DNA of 64,000 nt. Source: Candidatus Deferrimicrobiaceae bacterium. Lineage in GTDB: Bacteria; Desulfobacterota; Deferrimicrobia; Deferrimicrobiales; Deferrimicrobiaceae. Shown piece after piece: positions 29,036 to 38,657 of this stretch. Made by a program: the position numbers and the translations under genes. Position 1 is the stretch's first letter; the number at the start of each line of letters is the position of its first letter. The stretch is taken from the NCBI GenBank assembly GCA_963725055.1, contig CAVRXE010000004.1, forward strand, positions 809,234 through 873,233, in the 5' to 3' direction. Under the pieces are notes generated by a model, which saw only the letters and a list, made by a program, of their open reading frames with translations, did no database searches and had not been told where the DNA came from.

Positions 29036-30597
29036 ATGGCGAGAATCCATCGGGCGATCGTCAGCGTATCCGACAAGACCGGCGTGGCGCAGTTCTGCGC
29101 CGCGCTCTCCCGGCTCGGCGTCGAGCTGTACGCCTCGGGAGGCACGGCGAAGCTGCTGCGGGAGAAGAAGGTCCCGGTGCGCCTCATCGAGGAGTACACC
29201 GGGTTCCCCGAGATGCTGGACGGGCGGGTGAAAACCTTGAACCCGAAGATCCACGGCGGGCTTCTCGCCTTGCGCGGGAATGCGGCGCACATGAAGACGA
29301 TCGGCGAGCACGGGATCGTCCAGTTCGACATGCTGATCGGAAACCTCTACCCCTTCGAGGCGACGATCGCACGCCCCGGCTGCACGCGTGAGGAGGCGAT
29401 CGAAAACATCGACATCGGCGGACCTTCGATGCTGCGGTCCGCCGCGAAAAACTCCCAGTCGGTCGCGGTGGTGTGCGACCCCGCGGACTACCCCCTGGTC
29501 CTCGCGCAGTTGAAGAAGAACGCGGGAAACCTCGACGAGGAGACCATGAGGGAACTCGGGCGGAAGGCGTTCGCGCTGACCGCGCGGTACGACGCGGCGA
29601 TCTCGAACTACCTGGGCGCGGGACAGGAGGGGGGGATCCGTTCCCCGTGACCTTCACGGCACAGTGGCGGAAGCTCCAGGGGCTCCGGTACGGTGAGAAC
29701 CCGCACCAGGCGTCGTCGTTCTACGCCGACACCGCGCTGCCGGACGAGCCGACGCTGGGAGGCGCGCAACAGCTGCAGGGGAAGGAGCTCTCCTACAACA
29801 ACATCGTCGACATCGACGCGGCGCTGCAGCTCGCCCTCGAATTCACCATCCCCGCCGCGGTCGTGATCAAGCACACGAATCCCTCCGGCGTGGGGGTATC
29901 GAAGCGCCGTCTCCTGGACGCCTTCAAGAAGGCGCGCGAATGCGACCCCGTCTCCGCCTACGGCGGGGTGATCGGCTTCAACCGGCCGGTGAACTCCGAG
30001 ACGGCCCGGGAGGTCGCCACCACCTTCTTCGAGGCGGTCATCGCCCCCTCCTACGACAAGGAGGCGCGGAAGATCCTCTCGGAAAAGAAGAACCTCCGCG
30101 TCCTGGCCACGGGCGGCGTGTTCCGGTGGTCCGGCGCCCGTACGTTCGAGATGAAGCGGGTGAGCGGCGGGCTTCTCCTTCAGACCGGCGACCGGCACAT
30201 GCTCGACCCGAAGGACCTGAAGGTGGTGACGAAGCGGAAGCCCACACCGGACGAGCTCGAGGCGATGCTGTTCGCGTGGAAGGTGTGCAAGCACGTGAAA
30301 TCGAACGCGATCGTCTACGCGATGAAGGACCGCACCGTCGGGGTGGGGGCGGGGCAGATGAGCCGGGTCGATTCGGCGAAAATCGCGGTGATGAAGGCGC
30401 AGCATCCGACGAAGGGGACCGTCGTCGCCTCCGATGCCTTCTTCCCGTTCCGGGACGGCCTCGACGTGGCCGCCGAGGCGGGGGCCACGGCGGTGATCCA
30501 GCCGGGCGGGTCGGTCCGCGACGCGGAAGCGATCGCAGCGGCCGACGAGCACGGGATGGCGATGGTGTTCACCGGAGTGCGGCACTTCCGGCATTAG
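29036..30597 (+). CDS. purH: Bifunctional AICAR transformylase/IMP cyclohydrolase, split by a one-base frameshift in the G7 run at 29629-29635
   Basis: SVSDKTG, GRVKTL and DIGGP in the first frame; [23 protein letters not shown] and ASDAFFPF in the second frame. Confidence 0.93.
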
Positions 30598-30643
30598 TGT
30601 AGCGAGACGCTACACTTAGCCCTTCGAAGCGGAGGAAGTTGGA

Positions 30644-31930
30644 ATGGGAATTTCTGTCCTCATCGTCGGCGGGGGCGGCCGCGAGGACGCCCTGGCCTGG
30701 AAGATCGCGAAAAGCCCCCTCGTGTCCAAGGTCTATGCCGCCCCCGGGAACCCCGGGGTCGCGCGGCACGCGGAGTGCGTCCCCTTGGCGACGGACGACC
30801 TCGACGGGTTGCGGAATTTCGCGGTGTCGAAGAGGATCGACCTCACCGTGGTCGGCCCCGAGGCCCCGCTGGCGGCGGGACTGACCGATCTGCTCACGAA
30901 GGAGGGCCTCCTCGTCTGCGGCCCGGACCGCGCGGGAGCGCAGATGGAAGGGTCCAAGGTCTTCATGAAGACCATCCTCCGGAAGTACGGCATACCGACG
31001 GCCTCGTTCAAGGTGTTCGACGAGTACGACGAGGCGGAACAATATCTCCTTACCCACCGGTTGCCGGTGGTGGTCAAGGCGGACGGGCTCGCGGCGGGGA
31101 AGGGCGTCGCCGTCGCACAGACGTACGAGGAGGGGATCGCGTTCCTGAAGGACGTGATGGAGCGGCGGGTGTTCGGCGCCGCGGGGGAGCGGGTCGTGAT
31201 CGAGGAGTGCCTGCCGGGCGAGGAGGCGTCGTACATCGTCTTCACCGACGGAGACAAGTTCGTCCCGCTGCCTTCCTCGCAGGATCACAAGAGGATCGGG
31301 GACGACGATTCCGGGCCCAACACCGGCGGGATGGGGGCATATTCCCCCGCGCCCGTCGTGACGCCCGAAGTCGAGGCACGGGTGCATCGGGAGATCTTCG
31401 GGCCGCTGCTGGCAGGCCTTCGTGCCGAGGGGATCGTCTTCCGCGGCATCCTCTACGCGGGGCTGATGATCGAACGGGGGATCCCCCGGGTTCTCGAGTT
31501 CAACGTCCGCTTCGGCGACCCCGAGGCGCAGCCGCTCTTCCTTCGCCTGAAAAGCGACCTCGTCCCCCTGCTCCTGCAGTGCGCGCGGGGGAAGATCACG
31601 GACGCGAAGATGGAGATCGACCCGAGGCCGACGGTCTGCGTCGTGATGTCCTCCGGCGGCTACCCGGGGAAATACGAGAAGGGGCGCCCCATCGGAGGAA
31701 TCGAGGAGGCGGAGAAAGAGGAGGGTGTGGTGGTGTTCCACGCCGGCACGGCGATGAAGGAAGATCGCCTGGTGAACCACGGGGGGCGCGTTCTCGGCGT
31801 CACCGCGATCGGCGACACGCTGAAGGAGGCGATCGCCCGCGCGTACCGCGCCGTGGACAAGATCCACTGGGAAGGCGCCTACTGGCGCACCGACATCGGG
31901 CGGAAGGCGCTGGCGCGGGGGAACGGATGA
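30644..31930 (+). CDS. purD: Phosphoribosylamine--glycine ligase
   Basis: GGGGRE, VVKADGLAAGKGV, GPNTGGMGAY and EFNVRFGDPE motifs. Confidence 0.97.
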   Translation: MGISVLIVGGGGREDALAWKIAKSPLVSKVYAAPGNPGVARHAECVPLATDDLDGLRNFAVSKRIDLTVVGPEAPLAAGLTDLLTKEGLLVCGPDRAGAQMEGSKVFMKTILRKYGIPTASFKVFDEYDEAEQYLLTHRLPVVVKADGLAAGKGVAVAQTYEEGIAFLKDVMERRVFGAAGERVVIEECLPGEEASYIVFTDGDKFVPLPSSQDHKRIGDDDSGPNTGGMGAYSPAPVVTPEVEARVHREIFGPLLAGLRAEGIVFRGILYAGLMIERGIPRVLEFNVRFGDPEAQPLFLRLKSDLVPLLLQCARGKITDAKMEIDPRPTVCVVMSSGGYPGKYEKGRPIGGIEEAEKEEGVVVFHAGTAMKEDRLVNHGGRVLGVTAIGDTLKEAIARAYRAVDKIHWEGAYWRTDIGRKALARGNG

Positions 31931-32418
31931 TGGCGGGGAAGGTCCTGATCCTGATGGGAAGCGCCTCCGACGCGGAGACGATGCGAGCGGCGGCGGAGGT
32001 GTTGTCGGGCTACGGGATCCCGTGCGAGATGACCGTCGCCTCCGCACACCGCTCGCCGGGCCGGACCCAGTCGCTGGCCCGCGGCGCGGAGAAGGAAGGG
32101 TTCTCGGTGATCATCGCCGGGGCGGGATCCGCGGCGCACCTCGCCGGGTGCGTGGCCGCCGAGACGGTGCTCCCGGTGATCGGTGTGCCGCTGGCCGGAT
32201 CGGCCCTTGGCGGGTTCGACGCCCTTCTCTCGACCGTCCAGATGCCCGCCGGAGTCCCGGTGGCGACCGTGGCGGTGGGAAAGGCGGGGGCGCAGAACGC
32301 GGGGCACCTCGCGGCGCAGATCCTCTCCCTTTCGTCCCCGAAGCTTCGAGCGAAGATACGGGCCGTCCGGAAGGCGATGGCGGGCGCCGTCGAGGAGGCA
32401 GCGAAGCGGTTTCCATGA
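31927..32418 (+). CDS. purE: N5-CAIR mutase
   Basis: ILMGSASD, SAHRSP, IAGAGSAAHL and VQMPAGVPVATV motifs. Confidence 0.96.
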   Translation: MMAGKVLILMGSASDAETMRAAAEVLSGYGIPCEMTVASAHRSPGRTQSLARGAEKEGFSVIIAGAGSAAHLAGCVAAETVLPVIGVPLAGSALGGFDALLSTVQMPAGVPVATVAVGKAGAQNAGHLAAQILSLSSPKLRAKIRAVRKAMAGAVEEAAKRFP

Positions 32419-32500
32419 TTCGCCCGCCCGGGGGACGCATCGCTTGGTCGTCCCTCGCGGACGGAGGGAGGCGGGACGCTCCTGGAGGGGGACCCCCGGA

Positions 32501-33187
32501 GTGACGCGCCTGATCCTCCTCGACGCCGATCGTGCCGACAGGTCGATGACTCCGGAACCGCGCTTCCCCTTGGAAATGGTCGCATCGCTGCGCGCCGGAG
32601 GGGTGGTGATCTTTCCCACCGACACCTTGTACGGACTCGGCGTGGACCCGTGCTCGGAGAGGGGGCTCACGCGGTTGTTCGCCGCCAAGGGGCGTGACCG
32701 GGGGAAACCGGTCCCGATCCTCCTGTCGGGGGAGGAACAGGTCGCCCGTTGGGCGCGGCATGTGCCGCCCGCCGCCGCCCGCCTCATGGACCGGTTCTGG
32801 CCCGGCGCCCTCACGCTGGTGCTCCCGGCGGATCCGGGCATCCACCCGGCCGTGACCGGCGGGGGAGACACGGTGGGACTGCGCGTCCCCGACCACCCGG
32901 TCCCGCGGGCCCTGGCGGCCCTGCTCTCCGGCGCCGTCACGGGCACGTCGGCCAACCGGTCCGGGATTCCCGTCGCGTGGGGGTCTGCCGAGGAGATCGT
33001 GGGGGAATTCGCCGGGGCGGTCGACTGGGTCTTGTGGGGAGGCGCAGCAACCGGCGGCGCGCGCCGGGAATGCGCCGGAAACTCCCCCGGGTCCACCGTG
33101 GTGCGGATGATCGACGACCGACCGGTCCTTTTGAGGGAGGGTGTTCTCCCGTTTCGCGACATCATCGAATTCCTGCAGAGAGGGTGA
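32501..33187 (+). CDS. tsaC: L-threonylcarbamoyladenylate synthase (Sua5/YrdC)
   Basis: IFPTDTLYGLG, KGR, FWPGALTLVL and GTSANRSG motifs; start uncertain (32501 or 32546). Confidence 0.9.
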   Translation: MTRLILLDADRADRSMTPEPRFPLEMVASLRAGGVVIFPTDTLYGLGVDPCSERGLTRLFAAKGRDRGKPVPILLSGEEQVARWARHVPPAAARLMDRFWPGALTLVLPADPGIHPAVTGGGDTVGLRVPDHPVPRALAALLSGAVTGTSANRSGIPVAWGSAEEIVGEFAGAVDWVLWGGAATGGARRECAGNSPGSTVVRMIDDRPVLLREGVLPFRDIIEFLQRG

Positions 33188-33191
33188 CGCC

Positions 33192-34520
33192 ATGGCCGAA
33201 GTGAAACCGTTCCGGGGAATCCATTACGACGTGAAGCGCGTGGGAGACCTGACCCGCGTGGTGGCACCGCCGTACGACGTCATCTCTCCGGAGGACCAGG
33301 AGGCGCTGCACCGGCGCCACCCGAAGAACATCACCTGGGTCGACTTCGGGATGGCGAAGGAAGGCGACGGGCCGGGCGGGAACAAGTACACCCGGGCGGC
33401 GTCCCTGTTCCGGGAGTGGCTCGCCGAGGGGACGCTGGTCCGCGATGCCGCTCCGTCCCTCTACTACTACGAACAGGAGTTCTCGATCCCCGGGAAGAGG
33501 ACCTACGTGCGGAAGGGGTTCCTCGGTGCCCTGAAGCTGTCGGCGTTCGGGGAAGGGGAGGTGTACCCCCACGAGCGGACGCTTTCCAAGCCGAAGGAGG
33601 ACCGGCTTGCCCTGATGCGCGTGACCGACGTTCACATGAGCCCGATCTTCGCGCTCTACTCCGACCCGAAGGACGAGGTGCTGAAGAACCTACGCTCCGC
33701 AATGGCCGCGGCGCCCGACATGGCCGCCGTCGACGACCTGGGCGTCAAGCACCGGGTCTGGGCGGTGTCGCAGCCCAAGGCGCTCCTTGCGGCGGTGGAA
33801 GGGATGGTGGGGAAGGGGGTCTTCATCGCCGACGGGCACCACCGGTACGAGACGGCGCTGGCGTTCCGCGACGAGATGCGGAAGAAGCACGGCGCGAACC
33901 CCGCCGCCGCGTACGAGCACGTTCTCATGTTCCTGTGCAACATGGACGACGAGGGGATCGTCATCCTGCCGACGCACCGCGGCATCCACTCCGTGCCCGG
34001 ATTCTCGGCGGACGGGTTCCTCGCGAAGGTGCGCGCCCACCTCCCGGTTGAGAGCCGGGACGGCTCGCCGGAGGACGCGATGCGAGGGGTGGAGGCGGCG
34101 GGGAAGAAGGGGAAGGCGATTGCCTGGAGCGCGGGCGGGAACCGGTACCACGTGGCCACCTTCCCGGACCTGCCCGCTTTCTGCGACAAGTTCCTCTCGA
34201 AGTTCCCGCCGCAGCTCCGACCGCTCGACGTCGTGCTGCTCCACGGGTTCATCCTGGAGCAGATCCTCGGAATCTCCCCCGAGGCGGTGACGGCTGGGCA
34301 GTTCGTGAAGTATTACAAGGAGCCGGCCAAGGTGGCGAAGGACCTCTCGGCCGGGGCGATCCAGGCCGCCTTCTTCATGAATGCGGTGACGATCCCCGAG
34401 TTCCGCGACGTCTCCCTCTCCGGGCACGTTCTCCCGCAGAAGTCGACCTTCTTCTTCCCGAAGATCGGGACGGGACTTCTCATCTTCCCCGTGGCGGGAG
34501 AGGACCGCGTTCCGGGGTAA
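33192..34520 (+). CDS. DUF1015 family protein
   Basis: APPYDVIS, PHERT, IADGHHRYETA and LPQKSTFFFPK motifs. Confidence 0.9.
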   Translation: MAEVKPFRGIHYDVKRVGDLTRVVAPPYDVISPEDQEALHRRHPKNITWVDFGMAKEGDGPGGNKYTRAASLFREWLAEGTLVRDAAPSLYYYEQEFSIPGKRTYVRKGFLGALKLSAFGEGEVYPHERTLSKPKEDRLALMRVTDVHMSPIFALYSDPKDEVLKNLRSAMAAAPDMAAVDDLGVKHRVWAVSQPKALLAAVEGMVGKGVFIADGHHRYETALAFRDEMRKKHGANPAAAYEHVLMFLCNMDDEGIVILPTHRGIHSVPGFSADGFLAKVRAHLPVESRDGSPEDAMRGVEAAGKKGKAIAWSAGGNRYHVATFPDLPAFCDKFLSKFPPQLRPLDVVLLHGFILEQILGISPEAVTAGQFVKYYKEPAKVAKDLSAGAIQAAFFMNAVTIPEFRDVSLSGHVLPQKSTFFFPKIGTGLLIFPVAGEDRVPG

Positions 34521-34683
34521 TTGTACCGATTCATAAATATGGCTGCACTCGAGCGCCGCTGCATCCGCACCGGCTTCGTTGTGCTTCCTCACCGTACTAT
34601 CCAGTATGCCTCGGTCGCAACGCCTTGCCGGATGCGCCGCATCGACGCTTTCGGTGCGACGCCCTATTTATGAACCGGGGCAA
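34521..34683. repeat. ERIC-like palindromic (MITE-like) element, copy 2
   Basis: Imperfect 23-bp terminal IRs TTGTACCGATTCATAAATATGGC / GCCCTATTTATGAACCGGGGCAA; same internal core as 10348-10526. Confidence 0.8.
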
Positions 34684-35434
34684 ATACCCCGGCGGGCAGT
34701 CCGGCACCGACTTGCCCCGGTTGATCCTCCGGCAGCCGGAGCGGGGGTACCGCTTCTCGATCGACTCGGTGATTCTCGCGGGGTTCGCCGCCCCTCTCTG
34801 CCGCGGCGCCGTCCTCGATCTGGGGACGGGATGCGGGGTCCTGCTGCTGCTCCTGTCCCGCCTTGCCCCCGCCATGCTCACCGGCACCGGCGTGGATCTC
34901 CAGGAAGACCTGCTCGATTACGCGCGCCGGAATTTCCGCGACAATTGCCCGGACGGGCGGCTGTTCGCCGTGCCTGGGGATCTTCGGGGGGAGATCCCCG
35001 GGATCGAGCCCCGTTCGTTCGACCTGGTTCTGTCGAACCCGCCGTACGGCCGGGCGGGACACGGGCGTCGAAACCCGGATCCGGGGAAGGAATCGGCGCG
35101 GCACGAGGTGACCTGCGCGCTTCCGGATCTCTTCGCCGCGGCGTCCCGGTACCTTTCCGCGGCCGGCCGGTTCGCCTTCATTTTGCCGTACCCGCGCCTC
35201 CCCGAGATCGAGCCGTGCGCCGCGATGGAGGGGCTGCGTGTGGAGCTCCTGCGGGTGGTGCACCCCCGGGAGGGCGCTCCGCCGTCCCGGGGGATCTGCT
35301 GCGTGGTCCGTGGAGGAAGCGGAACTCCCCGCCTCCTGCCTCCCCTCTTCCTGCATGGGGGACCGGGGAAATATTGCCCGGAGGTGGAGCGGATCTGCCG
35401 CCTCTTCCGAAGGGGGCAGGGCTTCAGCTCATAA
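34670..35434 (+). CDS. tRNA1(Val) m6A37 methyltransferase-like (TrmN6/YfiC family)
   Basis: GYRFSIDSVILA, VLDLGTGCG, SNPPY and ARHE motifs; start uncertain. Confidence 0.85.
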   Translation: MNRGKYPGGQSGTDLPRLILRQPERGYRFSIDSVILAGFAAPLCRGAVLDLGTGCGVLLLLLSRLAPAMLTGTGVDLQEDLLDYARRNFRDNCPDGRLFAVPGDLRGEIPGIEPRSFDLVLSNPPYGRAGHGRRNPDPGKESARHEVTCALPDLFAAASRYLSAAGRFAFILPYPRLPEIEPCAAMEGLRVELLRVVHPREGAPPSRGICCVVRGGSGTPRLLPPLFLHGGPGKYCPEVERICRLFRRGQGFSS

Positions 35435-35463
35435 GGGGGAGGACGAAGCCCCGGACTCCGGTT

Positions 35464-35907
35464 TCAGGGCCTGGAACGGCGGTGGAGGGCGCGCAGGCTT
35501 TCGCGCGTCTCCGGGTCGGCCACGGCGGACAATCCTTCCGGGTCGGGGCCGGCGGGGAGCGGGGGTTCCTCGCGCGGCTGGGCTTCCGCCTCATCGGCCG
35601 GACCGAGGGAGCCCACGGCGAACCGGATGTCGCTCACCGGGATCCTTTCTCCCACCGTCTCGCGGATCCTCCCGATCATCGTGGTCTTGCTCATCCGGAG
35701 TTCCTGCGCCCACGCATGGTTCCGCACGACGATCGTCAGGACGCCGTTCCGCAGAGACAGAGGGGTAGCGTTCCGCGAGACCAGCGGACCGGCGATCTCC
35801 GGCCATCGTTTCCGTAGTGTAACGAGGAAGGCGACATGCGGAATCCGCAGCGATTCGAGGAACGCGTCGAGGATCGACGACAGGGGCGCCGCGTCTTTCC
35901 GTTTCAA
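35464..35907 (-). CDS. DUF721/DciA family protein
   Basis: WPEIAGP..TP..LRNGVLTIVV..AWAQEL motif; TTG start overlaps the upstream stop. Confidence 0.8.
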   Translation of the reverse strand: MKRKDAAPLSSILDAFLESLRIPHVAFLVTLRKRWPEIAGPLVSRNATPLSLRNGVLTIVVRNHAWAQELRMSKTTMIGRIRETVGERIPVSDIRFAVGSLGPADEAEAQPREEPPLPAGPDPEGLSAVADPETRESLRALHRRSRP

Positions 35908-36191
35908 GGGCGCCCCCGACGGATCCGGCGGATCTTCCCCCCCGCGATCTGCCCCAGCACGGCGCATGCGATGAAGGCGGGGATCCCCCACGCGCTCACG
36001 TCGTTTTCGAACCGCAGCCAGGCGATGAGCGGGACGGAGAGGTGGACGCAGACGAACCACCCGATCGAGAATCTCCGGAACCCCTCCCGGGCGTACCCCA
36101 AGGGTATGTTCGCGGCGAGCGCGGCGCCCCCGATGAGGGCTGGCAGCGCCCAGGGCACCTGAGGTCCGAGGGTGGGTATGTTGCCCGTCAT
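35904..36191 (-). CDS. Conserved-looking small membrane protein
   Basis: NIPLGYAREGFRRFSIGWFVCVHLSVP; about 3 TM segments. Confidence 0.7.
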   Translation of the reverse strand: MTGNIPTLGPQVPWALPALIGGAALAANIPLGYAREGFRRFSIGWFVCVHLSVPLIAWLRFENDVSAWGIPAFIACAVLGQIAGGKIRRIRRGRP

Positions 36192-36233
36192 CCGCGCATT
36201 ATAATCGGAACGTAGGGACGGAAACAGGGAGGA

Positions 36234-36506
36234 GTGGAATTGACCCGCGCGTCGGATCCGGTCCTGATCCTCATCTTCCGGGGCACCCACCAGGTACTGT
36301 CGGCCGAGAAGCGGCTGAAAGGGGGCGGCGTACCGTTGCGCCTGATCCCGGTTCCACGATGCCTCACTTCCGATTGCGGACTCGCGATCCGGATCCCCCT
36401 CGATCACCGCGACCGTGCCCGGGATATCCTTTCACGGGCGCGACTGCTTCCGGTGTCCGCCCACCTCCCCCGCGAGGGGGGGGAGTACGATCCCGTGTCC
36501 CTCTGA
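36234..36506 (+). CDS. DUF3343 family protein (putative Se/S carrier-like)
   Basis: IFRGTHQVLSAEKRLK..LIPVPRCLTSDCGLAIR. Confidence 0.8.
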   Translation: MELTRASDPVLILIFRGTHQVLSAEKRLKGGGVPLRLIPVPRCLTSDCGLAIRIPLDHRDRARDILSRARLLPVSAHLPREGGEYDPVSL

Positions 36507-36630
36507 AGGTCGCCGGCAGGGGTGAATTTCTCCCCTCGTTCGGCCGATACGATGAACAGGATCGACGGGATCGCCGTGCCCACGGACCCATCGCCCGGTT
36601 CCTTCGGAAGCGGAGATCGGAGGCGTACCC

Positions 36631-36659
36631 TTGACAATGCGGAATTCGTCAAATAAAAT
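36631..36659 (+). promoter_or_regulatory. Sigma70 promoter of the lytic transglycosylase gene
   Basis: TTGACA-N17-TAAAAT. Confidence 0.7.
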
Positions 36660-36692
36660 AATAGCTTATATTGTTTCCCGGGAGGTTTCTTT

Positions 36693-38657
36693 GTGGGGTG
36701 GGTCGTGAGGAACGCCCTCGCAGCGGCGGGTCTCCTTCTGCTGTTCGTGTCGATCCCGTCTTTCGGGGGGACCGCGGAACCTCTTTCGCCGGCGACGGCC
36801 GGGAGAGCGGCGTCCAATCCCGACGACACGAAGGACGCGAAATCACCGGGCCCCGCGCCTGCACACACGGCCATGCCACCCCCGGCGGCGGTCCCGTCCG
36901 CTGCGCCGCCGGCGGATCCCGCCGCTCCCGCATCCAAAGTTCCCCCGGCTCCAGCCCCGTCCGTTCCCGCGCAGAATCTCCCCGCCCCGGCAGCCGTCCC
37001 GTCACGGCTCCCCGCCGTCCCCACGGCATCTTTCGTCGCACCTCTTTCGGAAAAGACCCCCGACCGGGTCCTCTCCCCCGGCGAGGTGGATCTGCAGGTG
37101 ACGAAAAACATCGAGGAGGCTCCGGATGAGGGAGAGGGGCTGGGAGAAGCGTTCTTCACCACCGCCTCGATGGAGGTCGAGAAAGGGAGGGAGGGGGACT
37201 TCTCCGGGATCACCCGGCCGATCGACAAGTTCATCCGCTACTTCCAGACCGGGGGGAGGAAGAAGTTCGAGCTGTACCTGTCCCGCTCGGGGAAGTATGT
37301 CGGGATGATGCAGCAGATCCTCTCCCGGTACGGCCTCCCCGAGGACCTCGTCTACGTCGCGCTGATCGAAAGCGGGTTCTCCACCAAGGCGTACTCCGTG
37401 GCGAAGGCGGCCGGGCCCTGGCAGTTCATCTCTGCCACCGGCCGCAGGTACGGCCTCCGCATCGACTGGTGGGCCGACGAGCGCCGGGACGCCGAGAAGT
37501 CGACGCACGCCGCCGCATCCTACCTGCGGGATCTTTACGGGATGTTCGAGTCGTGGCCGCTCGCCACCGCCGCGTACAACGCCGGCGAGGGGAAGATCCA
37601 GAGGGCGGTCACCCGGTACAAGTCCGACGATTTCTCCGAGCTCATCCGCCACGGCTACCTGAAGCAGGAGACGAAGGATTACGTCCCCAAGATGCTGGCC
37701 GCGCTGACCATCGCCAAGGATCCGGAAAAATACGGATTCGTCGACGTCGCCTACGAGGCGCCGCTGGACCTGCGCTCCGTGTCGGTGCCGGGAGGGACCG
37801 ACCTGGGGGCGGTGGCCCGTCTTCTCGATGTTCCGGTGGAGTCGATCCGCGACTGGAACCCGGAGCTTCGGCGGTTCTGCACCCCGCCGAACCGGGAGCG
37901 GTACGACCTCCGGCTCTCCGTCGACGCGGCGCTCCTCGCAGAGGAGCGGATGGAGGAGATCCGTACCCAGGCGAAGGTCACCTTCCTCCAGCACAACGTC
38001 CGCAAGGGGGAAACGCTTCCGGCGCTTGCCGACCGGTACAACACTACGGTCCCGGTCCTGAAGGAGTTGAACGGGCTGAAGCGGGACTCCCTCGGACGCA
38101 CCGCGCGCCTCGTCATCCCCGTGACCGGGTTGATGGAGACGGAGGCGGTCCCCGGTACCGAGGTTTCGCCGGACCAACTCACGATGGCGCATATGCGGGT
38201 GGAGGAAGGGAGCCGAAAGGCGCGGATCCGGGGAGGGCGGCGCCCTGAACCGGGGGATGCCGTCACCGTACGGAAGGGGGACACGCTTGCACGGCTCGCG
38301 AAAAGGCACGGGGTCCGGGTGAAGGAACTCGCGAGCGCGAACGGATTGAAGACGACGTCGAAACTGAAGGTGGGTGCGAACATCCTCCTGCCGGAACCCG
38401 CCGGCGCCGCGGAATCGCGTGCGGAGCAAGCGGCGGTCTCGAAGGCGTCGGGGGGGACGAAATCCCCCCCCTCCGCCGGCGCGGCGCGGGATGTCCGGAA
38501 GCGGGTCACGCGCTACAAGGTCCACAAGGGGGACACTCTCGACCAGATCGCGCGCGTCTACGGCGTCAAGGTCGACCGTCTCGCGGATCGGAACCGGCTG
38601 AAAAAAGGCCAACTCCTCCATGAGGGCCTCGTTCTTGTCATCCCGCTGGAGTCCTGA
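36693..38657 (+). CDS. mltD: MltD-like lytic transglycosylase with three LysM domains and a Pro/Ala-rich linker
   Basis: ALIESGF, AGPWQF, AAYNAGEG and ETKDYVPK motifs; repeated V.KG[DE]TL LysM starts. Confidence 0.9.
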   Translation: MGWVVRNALAAAGLLLLFVSIPSFGGTAEPLSPATAGRAASNPDDTKDAKSPGPAPAHTAMPPPAAVPSAAPPADPAAPASKVPPAPAPSVPAQNLPAPAAVPSRLPAVPTASFVAPLSEKTPDRVLSPGEVDLQVTKNIEEAPDEGEGLGEAFFTTASMEVEKGREGDFSGITRPIDKFIRYFQTGGRKKFELYLSRSGKYVGMMQQILSRYGLPEDLVYVALIESGFSTKAYSVAKAAGPWQFISATGRRYGLRIDWWADERRDAEKSTHAAASYLRDLYGMFESWPLATAAYNAGEGKIQRAVTRYKSDDFSELIRHGYLKQETKDYVPKMLAALTIAKDPEKYGFVDVAYEAPLDLRSVSVPGGTDLGAVARLLDVPVESIRDWNPELRRFCTPPNRERYDLRLSVDAALLAEERMEEIRTQAKVTFLQHNVRKGETLPALADRYNTTVPVLKELNGLKRDSLGRTARLVIPVTGLMETEAVPGTEVSPDQLTMAHMRVEEGSRKARIRGGRRPEPGDAVTVRKGDTLARLAKRHGVRVKELASANGLKTTSKLKVGANILLPEPAGAAESRAEQAAVSKASGGTKSPPSAGAARDVRKRVTRYKVHKGDTLDQIARVYGVKVDRLADRNRLKKGQLLHEGLVLVIPLES

